A stretch of 64,000 nt of DNA. Source: Candidatus Undinarchaeota archaeon. GTDB taxonomy: Archaea; Undinarchaeota; Undinarchaeia; Undinarchaeales; UBA543. Within the stretch, counting starts at the first letter, position 1. Each line of letters begins with the position of its first letter. The translations under genes were made by a program, and so were the position numbers. A model generated the notes under the pieces. The model worked only from the letters and a program-made list of their open reading frames with translations, was not told where the DNA came from and did no database searches. The stretch covers positions 1 to 64,000 of the forward strand of contig CAZMMZ010000002.1 in assembly GCA_964567575.1 (NCBI GenBank), in the 5' to 3' direction. Shown one piece after another: positions 30,625 through 39,657 of this stretch.

Positions 30625-31422
30625 ATGGCAAGTGCAGAAATTGGAATTATTGGTGGAACTGGTGTTTATGATCAGTCTCTTCTAGAAAATGTTGAGCAAG
30701 TCAACATTGAAACTCCGTATGGGAAGCCATCGGATGTAGCAACAATTGGAGAATTTAAAGGACAAAAAATTGCATTTATTCCACGTCACGGTCCAAAGCA
30801 TACAATCCCTCCTCACATGATAAATTATCGAGCTAATATTCACGCATTCAAAGAGCTTGGTGTCAAGTGGATTCTTGCGCCGCAGGCTGTTGGTTCTCTA
30901 CAAGAAAACTATCGACCAGGTGAAATTGTTTTTGCAGATCAATTTATTGACAGGACTTGGGGACGTCCAACAACTTTTTATGACGGTCCTGAAGTTTGTC
31001 ATATTTCTGTTGCTGAGCCATTTTGTTCTGACTTGAGAAAACTTCTTGCAGAAAAAACTAGACAACTTGGTTATGGTATGCATGATTCCGGGACATATGT
31101 TTGCATTCAAGGTCCTCGGTTTTCAACTAAAGCAGAATCCAAAGCATTCCAGCAATGGAATGGTCATATTATTGGTATGACTGCAGTTCCTGAATGCGTT
31201 CTTGCACGAGAAGCTGAGATATGTTATGCATCAATCGGAATGGTTACAGATTATGATGTTTGGAAAGAACATGTTGTAACAATTGAAGCAATTGTCAAAG
31301 TAATGAAAGAGAATAATGATAAAGTCAAAAATTTAATTGCTGAGATTACGCCAGAGGTTCCAAAACTTCTTGGGGATCGAAAGTGTGAGTGTGCAACTGC
31401 ATTAAAAACTGGTTTAATGTAA
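30625..31422 (+). CDS. mtnP: 5'-methylthioadenosine phosphorylase
   Basis: IGIIGGTG, PRHG..H..PPH.INYRANI, QGPRFSTKAES, GMTAVPE, VTDYD. Confidence 0.93.
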   Translation: MASAEIGIIGGTGVYDQSLLENVEQVNIETPYGKPSDVATIGEFKGQKIAFIPRHGPKHTIPPHMINYRANIHAFKELGVKWILAPQAVGSLQENYRPGEIVFADQFIDRTWGRPTTFYDGPEVCHISVAEPFCSDLRKLLAEKTRQLGYGMHDSGTYVCIQGPRFSTKAESKAFQQWNGHIIGMTAVPECVLAREAEICYASIGMVTDYDVWKEHVVTIEAIVKVMKENNDKVKNLIAEITPEVPKLLGDRKCECATALKTGLM

Positions 31423-31443
31423 TTATTTTTTAAAAGTGTGGGT

Positions 31444-31496
31444 ACAGCAGGGAGCTATTGCCCCCTACTGCAAGACGGTAACCGATAAGACGGTTA
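31444..31496 (-). other. GC-rich tandem stem-loops between convergent mtnP and lrp
   Basis: Minus strand GCAGTAGGGGGC-AATA-GCTCCCTGCTGT (12 bp with G-U pairs) and TAACCG-6nt-CGGTTA. Confidence 0.5.
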
Positions 31497-31503
31497 ATAT
31501 GAA

Positions 31504-31740
31504 TCAAACTTGTGCTGAAATCAGCAAAGTTTGTGTTTTTGTGAAATCAGGTAATTGTCGAATTTGTTCAAGGACTTCATTGCTCAAAGCAGTTTCTGTT
31601 TCTGCATGGACTTTAGCAATAATGTCATACTTTCCAAAAACAACATGAGCCTCTTCTACGCCTGTAATTGCTTTTAGTTTTTGGATCAAACCCTGTTCAC
31701 TTTCAGGATTCACCTGACCGAGCAAATATGCACTGATCAT
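31504..31740 (-). CDS. Stand-alone Lrp/AsnC RAM domain protein
   Basis: EEAHVVFGKYDIIAKV; ATG 31740 about 30 nt after a TATTTATATA box. Confidence 0.85.
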   Translation of the reverse strand: MISAYLLGQVNPESEQGLIQKLKAITGVEEAHVVFGKYDIIAKVHAETETALSNEVLEQIRQLPDFTKTQTLLISAQV

Positions 31741-31761
31741 TTTGGTAATAAAACAATAGTC

Positions 31762-32153
31762 TTGAGAGTATATAAATATACGGTTCATTTGTAGAAGACG
31801 GTCAGAAAGGAACAACAAAAGAATGGACTGACGTAAATGCTGTATTTGTTTGTGCAGAAGAACATGATAAAAAAATCGAAAGAATAGCCGAGAAAACAAC
31901 TACAATTATCAAAAACCATAGCAAGAAAGCAAGATATGACAAAATAGTTATAATTCCTTTTGTTCATTTATCACAAAATGTTGCATCTTCAAAAATTGCA
32001 TATAGTATTCTAAAAGAAATTGAACGAAGACTGCAAACAGAGGGTTTGGATTTTGAAAGATTTCGATTTGGGTGGCACAGGGTCTTAAGATTAAAAATCA
32101 CTGGAAAAAACCCATTTCGTTATAAAGAAATAATCGAAATTGATGAAAAATAA
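31762..32153 (+). pseudogene. Free-standing archaeal ThrRS editing domain, frameshifted near the N-terminus
   Basis: Frame 31776-32153 gives AVFVCAE..., KIVIIPFVHLS, RFGWHRV..KITG; TTG-AGA-GTA-TAT-AAA start at 31762 is out of frame by one base; not in ORF track. Confidence 0.75.
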
Positions 32154-32207
32154 AAAATTATTACGGTTCCGAAAAGCATTAAAACCAAAAGATCTCCACT
32201 AACTATA

Positions 32208-32843
32208 ATGAAAACAGAAATTTCGCCGTCAATATTATCAGCTGATTTTAGCAAGCTTGGTGAAGAATTGAAAGCAATAGAAGCTAATGTCGATTCTTGG
32301 CATTATGATGTAATGGATGGTCATTTTGTTCCAAATATAAGTATAGGGATTCCAGTTTTGAAATCAATACGTAAAATTACAAAGAAACCGATTGTTGCAC
32401 ATTTAATGATAGAACATCCTGAAGATTATATAGAAAAATTTGCAGAAGCTGGAGCAGATGTTATTGAATTTCATATTGAAACAGCACCAGAACCTGACAA
32501 ATTAATTCAGCAAATTCATGACCTTGGGAAAAAAGCAGGAATTGCATTAAACCCAGATACATCCATTGATATGATCTCTTCTTATTTAGACAAGGTTGAT
32601 ATTGTTTTAATAATGTCGGTGCATCCTGGTTTTGGTGGACAGGAATTCATTGATGTAACTGAAAAAGTAAAAGAATTACGAGCTAAATATAAAGGTATTA
32701 TTGAAATTGATGGTGGGATAAATAATGAAACAGCAAAGATAGTAAAAGATGCTGGGGCAAACAGCTTAGTTTCAGGATCTTATATTTTCCACTCAGAAAA
32801 TCCTCTGAAAACAGTAGAGGAGCTACGAAAGCTCCTCAAATAA
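32208..32843 (+). CDS. rpe: Ribulose-phosphate 3-epimerase
   Basis: SPSILSADF, HYDVMDGHFVPN, AHLMI, MSVHPGFGGQ, IEIDGGIN, VSGS. Confidence 0.97.
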   Translation: MKTEISPSILSADFSKLGEELKAIEANVDSWHYDVMDGHFVPNISIGIPVLKSIRKITKKPIVAHLMIEHPEDYIEKFAEAGADVIEFHIETAPEPDKLIQQIHDLGKKAGIALNPDTSIDMISSYLDKVDIVLIMSVHPGFGGQEFIDVTEKVKELRAKYKGIIEIDGGINNETAKIVKDAGANSLVSGSYIFHSENPLKTVEELRKLLK

Positions 32844-32845
32844 AA

Positions 32846-33718
32846 TTATCTAAAAATTTTATCAAGTTTTATATCAAAGAAACAAATTTTCCCAGCGTTT
32901 GGATAATTATAATCAACAATAATATTTTCCTCATCTGCGTTTGTAACTACCCCGCCAATAATATTTCCATTCTCATTTTTTCTTATAGTTGCTCCAAGTT
33001 CTGGTTGATGTTTAATAATAATTCTAGATTCTGTGATGTTAAGAACTTTAATTGGCCACCAAACAAGCAACGGATTATAATAAAAGGAATCCAAAACAGG
33101 CAGTTGCTCTAACCGTGCTTCTCCAAAATCTCGATTAACATCTGTCACTTTGAAGAACCACATCTTATTTTTTATTGTGATTGTATTTCCTATTTGTATA
33201 TTATCATCTGTTAAAGATTCTAATTCTTCTAAGTTCATGTCAATATATTTCTTAATATCATAAACAGCCGGCATTACTTCAAGTTTTTCAGTTAAATGTT
33301 CACCAAAACAATATCGTGATTCAACTTTTTCTCCTTTAAGTTCTGATCCTTCTTTCATACCATAAACATTACTTTCAAGACCTTTCATAACTTGATTTTC
33401 TCCCAAAACAAATTCAATTGTATCTGTACCAAAATTTTCCCCATCTTCAAATGAACCACTATATGTAACTCTAACTTTATCTCCTATTTCCGCTACTGGA
33501 GAACGTAGTAATGCAAATGCAAAAACAGCTCCTAAAAGAACAATAAAAATTACTGTGATATAAAGATAAGGAAATTTTTTCTTTTTCTCTTGAATTTTTT
33601 TCTTTAAATTAGAACCTGCTATTTTTTCAATAACTTGGCTTATATCCTTCTCAATTTTAATTGCAAGATCTTTGTTTTTTGTAGAGGATTTTTTCTCCGA
33701 AGATTTCTTCTTTGCCAT
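32846..33718 (-). CDS. Membrane-anchored FKBP/SlyD-type peptidyl-prolyl isomerase
   Basis: N-terminal TM; GDKVRVTYSG..EDG, FVLGENQVMKGLE, VDYNYPNAGK. Confidence 0.7.
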   Translation of the reverse strand: MAKKKSSEKKSSTKNKDLAIKIEKDISQVIEKIAGSNLKKKIQEKKKKFPYLYITVIFIVLLGAVFAFALLRSPVAEIGDKVRVTYSGSFEDGENFGTDTIEFVLGENQVMKGLESNVYGMKEGSELKGEKVESRYCFGEHLTEKLEVMPAVYDIKKYIDMNLEELESLTDDNIQIGNTITIKNKMWFFKVTDVNRDFGEARLEQLPVLDSFYYNPLLVWWPIKVLNITESRIIIKHQPELGATIRKNENGNIIGGVVTNADEENIIVDYNYPNAGKICFFDIKLDKIFR

Positions 33719-33768
33719 AGTAGAATCGTTAAAACTAATTCGCTTTTAAATATTGTGTATAACTAAAA

Positions 33769-35139
33769 TTACATGCCTGGAACTCGACCTTTGAGCATTT
33801 TCATCATTTTTCCCATTGATCGTTTATTTCCGCCAACTTGCTTCATCATTTTTTTGCTGAGTTTATATTGTTTCAAAAGCATTCTAACTTCTTCAACTGA
33901 TGCTCCGGCACCGGCTGCAATTCTTTTGACACGAGAACCGCTAATAACATCTGGATTTTCCATTTCATCTTTTGTCATGGATTCCATAATCACAGTGAAG
34001 CGCTTAATCTTTTCTTCAGACATTTGCATCTGATCTTTTGGAATTGCTCCTCCGAGAGGAAGCATGTCAAAAATTTTGCTGAGAGATCCCATTTTTTTCA
34101 TACTCTGCATTTGCTTATAGAGATCTTTTAATGTGAATTTTCCTTTTGCAAACTCCTTTGCTTGTTGTTCCATTCCTTCTTGATCTTCATCTTCATAAAT
34201 CTCTTTGATTTTTTTAGCAAGGGATTCAAGATCCCCCATTCCAAGAAGTTTTTCAATAAATTTTGTTGGATTGAATTCTTCAAACTCGCTGATGCTTTCT
34301 CCAGTACCAACAAATTTAATTGGAACGCCAAGAGTTGAACAAGCAGATAATGCTCCACCACCTTTTGCACTTGAATCAAGTTTTGTGAGAATAACACCTG
34401 TTACACCAACAGTTTCATTAAAAGCGCGAGCTTGCTGTGCAGCTTTTTGACCAACATCAGCGGGCATTATCAAAAGTTTTTCATCTGGTTTAAAATAATC
34501 ATTAATTTTCTTTAATTCTTCTGTTAATTCTTTGTCAATAACGCTTCTTCCTTCTTCATCTTGTGTTAGAGCATCACGACCAGCCGAATCAACAAGAACA
34601 ACATCAGCGTCTTTCGTTTTGTCAATATTATCTTTTATAATTTGAACCGGATCTTTTCCACCACCAAAAACCGGGATTTGATTTTCTTCACCAAGTTGCT
34701 TTAACTGCTCATAAGCAGCAGGTCTCCAAGTATCTGTGGAAATCATTACAACTTTCAAACCTTTTTTCTTCAAATATTTACCAAGCTTTGCAGTTGTTGT
34801 AGTTTTACCAGAACCAAAAAGACCAACAAGCATAATTTTTCCTTTGTCCTTTAATTCGAGTTTTCCTGCTTCGCCAGCAAGCGATGTCATAAGTTCTTCA
34901 TATACAATATTTACAATATGTTCACGTTTTGAAAGTCCAGTTTTTGGTTTTTCTTCCGAAGATCTTTTTTTAATATTCTCCGAAAGTTGGAAAACAAGCT
35001 TAACATTTACATCAGCAGCTAAAAGTGCGCGTTGAATTTCTTTTACTGTAGTTTCAAGAGTTTCTTTGTCAATATACCCGGCTCTCGCTATTTTTCGCAA
35101 ACTTTCCCGCAATGCACTACCTAGCTTATCAAGTACCAT
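33769..35139 (-). CDS. srp54: Signal recognition particle protein SRP54
   Basis: GLFGSGKTTT, DTWRPAA, DSAGR, TKLD..AKGGG, Met-rich M domain; ATG 35139. Confidence 0.97.
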   Translation of the reverse strand: MVLDKLGSALRESLRKIARAGYIDKETLETTVKEIQRALLAADVNVKLVFQLSENIKKRSSEEKPKTGLSKREHIVNIVYEELMTSLAGEAGKLELKDKGKIMLVGLFGSGKTTTTAKLGKYLKKKGLKVVMISTDTWRPAAYEQLKQLGEENQIPVFGGGKDPVQIIKDNIDKTKDADVVLVDSAGRDALTQDEEGRSVIDKELTEELKKINDYFKPDEKLLIMPADVGQKAAQQARAFNETVGVTGVILTKLDSSAKGGGALSACSTLGVPIKFVGTGESISEFEEFNPTKFIEKLLGMGDLESLAKKIKEIYEDEDQEGMEQQAKEFAKGKFTLKDLYKQMQSMKKMGSLSKIFDMLPLGGAIPKDQMQMSEEKIKRFTVIMESMTKDEMENPDVISGSRVKRIAAGAGASVEEVRMLLKQYKLSKKMMKQVGGNKRSMGKMMKMLKGRVPGM

Positions 35140-35240
35140 GGTGTATCCTCTTAATATTTCTATTAATATTTGTTGTGGTTGCTGATTTTGTAAGTGAAAA
35201 TGTTTATAAGTACTTGCAACACTGAAAAGCTGAGGGGATA

Positions 35241-35390
35241 ATGTTGGATGAGGAGAGAGAGTTAGGTCCAATTACAGGATTAAGAGCAGGCCTTGCAGGG
35301 GTTATGGTTCTTTTTTTAATTTTACTTATGATATACTATACATTTTGGCCAATTGTTAAGATAGCTATCGGTTTTCTTCCAACATTATAA
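35241..35390 (+). CDS. Small single-pass membrane protein (49 aa)
   Basis: GAGGGG RBS; MLDEERELGPITGLRAGLAGVMVLFLILLMIYYTFWPIVKIAIGFLPTL; below ORF-track cutoff. Confidence 0.55.
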   Translation: MLDEERELGPITGLRAGLAGVMVLFLILLMIYYTFWPIVKIAIGFLPTL

Positions 35391-35437
35391 TTTTAAAGTA
35401 ACGAAAAGTATATAACGCATTTTTTGACAAAAACACT

Positions 35438-35992
35438 ATGCAATCTGGAAAACATATACTCATAAGTGCTGTAGCTGGAATCGCATTATTCTATTTACTC
35501 GGAATGCCAATTTTTTCAAAAGAGCTTGCAATAATTGTAGTCTTTGGATTTTTAATTGATTTAGATCATTTGTTTAATCAAATGTGGAAAGGTAATCTAA
35601 GAAATCCCCCAATAATGATACGCGAATGGGAAGCAACTGCTGAAGCTCATACTGGAGAACTTTATGTATTTCATTCTTACGAATTCATTGCAATAATTGG
35701 AGTTACAAGTATATTTTTCCCAATAATGCGTTTTGCACTTGTTGGATTAGTATTACACTTTTTTTGTGATGCAATTGTAAATTACAAATCCACGCGTACG
35801 TTTGAATGGGTGGAAGATTATTCAGCAATATACACCTTTTACACAATGCGTCACTACAATGTTGAAAAAAGACTTTTTAGATCATTCAAAAAAATGATTC
35901 ACCCAAAAACAATTCCACATATTGTTATGATCTATCTTATCTATGTTTATACACATCCAAATCAATTCTTGAAATGGTTTCTTTTTAAGTAA
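35438..35992 (+). CDS. Membrane-bound metal-dependent hydrolase (YdjM-like)
   Basis: N-terminal H, IDLDH, FHSY, LHFFCD motifs. Confidence 0.7.
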   Translation: MQSGKHILISAVAGIALFYLLGMPIFSKELAIIVVFGFLIDLDHLFNQMWKGNLRNPPIMIREWEATAEAHTGELYVFHSYEFIAIIGVTSIFFPIMRFALVGLVLHFFCDAIVNYKSTRTFEWVEDYSAIYTFYTMRHYNVEKRLFRSFKKMIHPKTIPHIVMIYLIYVYTHPNQFLKWFLFK

Positions 35993-36034
35993 TTGAAAAG
36001 CTATTTATACAAAACATCCAATGGATTATTCCAC

Positions 36035-36107
36035 GGGCCCATGGTCTAGTGGCTATGTCGTCGCCTTCACATGGCGAAGGTCGTCGGTTCAATTCCGACT
36101 GGGCCCA
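36035..36107 (+). tRNA. tRNA-Val(CAC)
   Basis: GGGCCCA/TGGGCCC acceptor, TCGCC-TT-CAC-AT-GGCGA arm, TTCAATT T-loop. Confidence 0.94.
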
Positions 36108-36115
36108 TTAATAAA

Positions 36116-36292
36116 ATGACAACTTGTACCAAATGTAAACTCGAAATATCACAAGCCGAGCTTGTGAACTGTTCAGAATGCAATACTGAGTTGCACAAAA
36201 AGTGCTCCCGCAAATACGGTGATAAACGATACTGCCGGAAATGCCGCAAACTAATTGCTGAAGATAATCCAACCTGGATTGGAATGGAATGA
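36116..36292 (+). CDS. Small Cys-rich zinc-finger protein (58 aa)
   Basis: CTKC, CSEC, HKKC, CRKC; stop overlaps the rnp4 start (ATGA). Confidence 0.7.
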   Translation: MTTCTKCKLEISQAELVNCSECNTELHKKCSRKYGDKRYCRKCRKLIAEDNPTWIGME

Positions 36293-36594
36293 AAAACAAA
36301 CCATCAAGGCAAAGTATTGTAGAACAGATTAAGAATTTATTTAAGCGTGCTGAGGATATTGCCGATAAGAAACCTGATGTATCAAAACGCACTGTTAAAA
36401 AAGCGCGTGCAGTCGGGATGAAACATCGCGTTCACATGCCAAAAGAAGTGAAGCACAAATATTGTAAGAAGTGCAATACTTTTTTGAAACCTGGAGTTAA
36501 TTGCACTATTCGTTTAAATCAAAAAAAACAACCGCACCGTGTGATAACTTGCAAAGAGTGCGGGGCGATTATGAGAGTTCCATACAAAAAATAA
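36289..36594 (+). CDS. rnp4: RNase P protein Rpp21/Rpr2
   Basis: KHKYCKKCNTFLKPG...RIRL-like TIRL, ITCKECG..MRVP. Confidence 0.9.
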   Translation: MKNKPSRQSIVEQIKNLFKRAEDIADKKPDVSKRTVKKARAVGMKHRVHMPKEVKHKYCKKCNTFLKPGVNCTIRLNQKKQPHRVITCKECGAIMRVPYKK

Positions 36595-36631
36595 TTAATA
36601 CATTAGTTCTTCAAAAGGTATGTTTATTTCA

Positions 36632-36820
36632 TTATTCAATATGAACAAATGAAGTAAAAACAATAACACCGGCTGCAATAACACCTGTCAATCCCGTGAG
36701 CCACAGAGTTGATTCTGGTAGGAATTCAAGACTTATTACACCCATTGCGGAAAGTCCAAGAATTGCTATTATTGCTGCAATAACCAGTTGTATGATTATT
36801 ACTACCTATTTAATTTCCAT
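36632..36820 (-). pseudogene. Two-TM small membrane ORF with in-frame TAG at codon 5
   Basis: GGAG RBS, ATG GAA ATT AAA TAG GTA GTA ATA..., then 57 open, mostly hydrophobic codons. Confidence 0.4.
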
Positions 36821-36948
36821 TGTATTCTCCAATTCTTTGTTTTTCTTTTTAAACTTGTCTATCTCATAACAAACCTTATAAACACCTTATCCGATGAATT
36901 GTTCACCAATGGGGATTGGTTTTAACTCCGCAGCGGGAGAAATATAAT

Positions 36949-37542
36949 ATGGTAAATGCATATGACGTACCTGCATCAGATCTTATTGATGCAGTTGCAA
37001 AAGAACTAAAAAAGAATGACGCAATGAAACCACCAGAATGGATGGTTTATGCTAAGTCTGGTGCTCATGCAGAGCGACCACCACAAGATGATGACTTTTG
37101 GTATATTCGAGGAGCTTCAATTCTACGTAAGATTTACGTTAGAGGAACTCTTGGAACTGAAAGACTTCGAACAGAATATGGTGGAAAGAAAAATCGAGGA
37201 TCAAAACCAGAACAACATAGAAAATCTAGTGGTTCTGTAATCAGAAAACTTCTTCAACAACTTGAAGCAGCTGGTTATTTAAAGAAAGAAAAAGTTGGAC
37301 GCGTTATTTCGCCAACAGGACAAAAACTTCTTGACAATACAGCATATGCTGTGTTCAAAAAACCAAAGACAAAAGAAGAAGCAGTCGTTGCAGTTAAAGA
37401 AAAGGCAAAAGAAATCGCAGAAAAACTTCCTGAAGAAAAACAAGATAAGCCAAAAATAAAAGAAGAGAAACCAAAAAAAGAAAAGAAAGAAGAAAAGGAA
37501 GCAAAACCTGAGAAAAAAGAAAAGCCAAAGAAAAAAGAGTAA
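36949..37542 (+). CDS. rps19e: 30S ribosomal protein S19e (Lys/Glu-rich C-tail)
   Basis: KPPEW..YAKSG...ERPP...FWYIRGASILRK, YGG.KNRG.KP, VIRK.LQQLE.AG. Confidence 0.96.
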   Translation: MVNAYDVPASDLIDAVAKELKKNDAMKPPEWMVYAKSGAHAERPPQDDDFWYIRGASILRKIYVRGTLGTERLRTEYGGKKNRGSKPEQHRKSSGSVIRKLLQQLEAAGYLKKEKVGRVISPTGQKLLDNTAYAVFKKPKTKEEAVVAVKEKAKEIAEKLPEEKQDKPKIKEEKPKKEKKEEKEAKPEKKEKPKKKE

Positions 37543-37552
37543 ACTTATTCTA

Positions 37553-37927
37553 ATGAACGAACAAGAACTTGAAGCAATTAGGCAGAAGAAGCTTGCAGAA
37601 TTACAAGAGCAGCAAGCAGTAGCTCAACAACACGCTCAGCAAGAAGCTTCTGCTAAACATCAGGTTGAAACTGTTCTCAAACAAATTCTTACACCAGATG
37701 CGTGGGAACAATGGAATAATCTAAAATATCGAGATACAATCTCTAGAACTGGCAATGCGCATCGTGTAGCTATTCTTCTTATTCAAGCTGTCCAAACTGG
37801 ACAAGTTCAAGGCAAAATTAACAAAGAGCAATTAAAGAAATTTTTAAGTATTGTTCAAGAAAAAACACATAGAGAAATTAATATCAAAGGTCTTTCAGAT
37901 AAATTCCGCACTCCGAAAAAAGACTAA
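37553..37927 (+). CDS. PDCD5/TFAR19 DNA-binding protein
   Basis: ELEAIRQKKLAEL, LKQILTPDA; conserved position after rps19e. Confidence 0.85.
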   Translation: MNEQELEAIRQKKLAELQEQQAVAQQHAQQEASAKHQVETVLKQILTPDAWEQWNNLKYRDTISRTGNAHRVAILLIQAVQTGQVQGKINKEQLKKFLSIVQEKTHREINIKGLSDKFRTPKKD

Positions 37928-37953
37928 GTAAATAATTTTTTACAATAATTCTT

Positions 37954-38121
37954 CTATTTCATATGTGGGATAAGTAAACCAATTACTACTCCAAGAACTA
38001 TTCCAACTGGAATACAGGTATACAAACTTTTGTTTGCAATTATTCCAAATACAATACCTGCAGCAGTTCCTAACGCAGCACCAATGGCAATCCCATAAGC
38101 AACTTTCTCATCCATATCCAT
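37954..38121 (-). CDS. Small glycine-zipper membrane protein (55 aa)
   Basis: MDMDEKVAYGIAIGAALGTAAGIVFGII...GIVLGVVIGLLIPHMK; below ORF-track cutoff. Confidence 0.65.
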   Translation of the reverse strand: MDMDEKVAYGIAIGAALGTAAGIVFGIIANKSLYTCIPVGIVLGVVIGLLIPHMK

Positions 38122-38154
38122 CAAAAAAGGTAGTTAATGTGGCTTTATAAGTCT

Positions 38155-38955
38155 TTATTTATGGCAATATCTTAAAATTGTTCTTTTTTGCTTAGCAGTA
38201 ATGGATTCAAGAACACGCTTTACTGTACTTAATGATGATCTAAGTTTTTCAATAACCATACTTTTAAAATTAATTAATTTTTGATTTCCAACAACATTAA
38301 TTGCTTTTTCTAAATCCTGTTCTAATGCATTAAGGAGATTGTTTGCATATGGTAAATTATTATATATCTCAATATTGTTTTTCACTCCATTGAACATTGT
38401 TTCAATATTATTCAGGAAATCCTCAATTACAATTGAAAAAACGCGTCCTAGAATCTTTTTTTCTCCTTGTAATTCTGCTTTAGCTTTAATGACATTATCT
38501 AAACAGGTTTCCATTATTGTAACGACTTTCGTATACTCTTCATTCTTAAATTCTGTTTTCGCTTCTTTAACGTCATCTAGAAAAACATCCAAAGATCTGA
38601 GAATTCTGCTTATGATTTCAGCTTTTTTCCGAGCTTTTTCATCTTTTGTCATATCTTTGAAATCAATTTCTTTTTCTGTAGAAGTTGCGGATTTTGAATC
38701 TTCATCCCCACTAAAGAAGAAATCCCCTGCTTTCTTTAATTTTCCACCAGAACCGCTAAACAAACTACCACTACTTCCGCCTGATGATGTTTTTGTACTG
38801 ATTTTTTTATTTTTAACCAATTTAAACAATACAATAATAAGAATAATTGCTACAACACCACCAATTGCCCATGGTGCATATGTTTTTGCTTGAGCTCCAG
38901 TTATTCCTAAATTTGGAAAACCTGCAGAACCGCCCCAGCGTGGATCAGTAGCCAT
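38155..38955 (-). CDS. Hypothetical single-pass membrane protein with helical/coiled-coil domain
   Basis: TM at about aa 29-46, Ser/Gly linker, helical C-terminal region. Confidence 0.65.
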   Translation of the reverse strand: MATDPRWGGSAGFPNLGITGAQAKTYAPWAIGGVVAIILIIVLFKLVKNKKISTKTSSGGSSGSLFSGSGGKLKKAGDFFFSGDEDSKSATSTEKEIDFKDMTKDEKARKKAEIISRILRSLDVFLDDVKEAKTEFKNEEYTKVVTIMETCLDNVIKAKAELQGEKKILGRVFSIVIEDFLNNIETMFNGVKNNIEIYNNLPYANNLLNALEQDLEKAINVVGNQKLINFKSMVIEKLRSSLSTVKRVLESITAKQKRTILRYCHK

Positions 38956-39042
38956 GCTCTACTTGTGTATCTCCTTGTTTATAAATTCTGTTGAATGCAA
39001 CCAAAATGCCTATATACCTCTGTAAAAACATTTCTTGCACTT

Positions 39043-39657
39043 ATGAAAGCAATATTGCTATACTCAGGAGGTAAGGACTCTTCACTTGTAGCTCATTTGC
39101 TAAAGCAGCTCGGTTATGAAATCACTTGCGTTACAGCGAATTTCGGAGCTGATCCTGAATGTGTTAAAGTAGCAGGCAATGTTGCAAAAACATTTGGATA
39201 CAAACACGAAGTTCTAGAAATGCCAAAAGAAATACTCGAAAAAGGAGTTGATATGTGTCTTGAAGCTGGTTATGGTAGGCCAGGCATCAATTATATTCAT
39301 CATGAAGTTCTTGAGAAAACTTGTGAGAAATATAGTAAAGATTATCTTGTAATTGCTGATGGTTGCAGACGCGATGATAAGACTCCAAAAATAACATATC
39401 CAGAAACTCAAAGCTTAGAAGCACGTCATAAAATTCAATATTTTTGTCCGCTAAATGGCTTCCCGCACGCCACCATAAAGTATTTAACAGACAATCTCTT
39501 CGAAATAGAAGTAATTAAGGCAGGAGCTGTGCCGACTTCTGAATATGAAACTGAAATACGCGCTATACTAAGCGCTCGCGGCGAAGATCCTACAAAAATA
39601 TTTCCAAATCATCATACTCATACAATAGTTAAAGGTTACAAAAATGGCAGCACATAA
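39043..39657 (+). CDS. PP-loop superfamily ATP-binding protein
   Basis: [26 protein letters not shown]; typical neighbour of L39e. Confidence 0.85.
   Translation: MKAILLYSGGKDSSLVAHLLKQLGYEITCVTANFGADPECVKVAGNVAKTFGYKHEVLEMPKEILEKGVDMCLEAGYGRPGINYIHHEVLEKTCEKYSKDYLVIADGCRRDDKTPKITYPETQSLEARHKIQYFCPLNGFPHATIKYLTDNLFEIEVIKAGAVPTSEYETEIRAILSARGEDPTKIFPNHHTHTIVKGYKNGST

Noticed and set aside
35140-35437. SRP (7S) RNA next to srp54
   Set aside because: Region is AT-rich with no long GC helices; better explained by a small membrane ORF and promoters
36806-36808. Genome-wide amber (TAG) recoding
   Set aside because: TAG terminates ftsY, pfdA, tatD and the transglutaminase gene at expected positions
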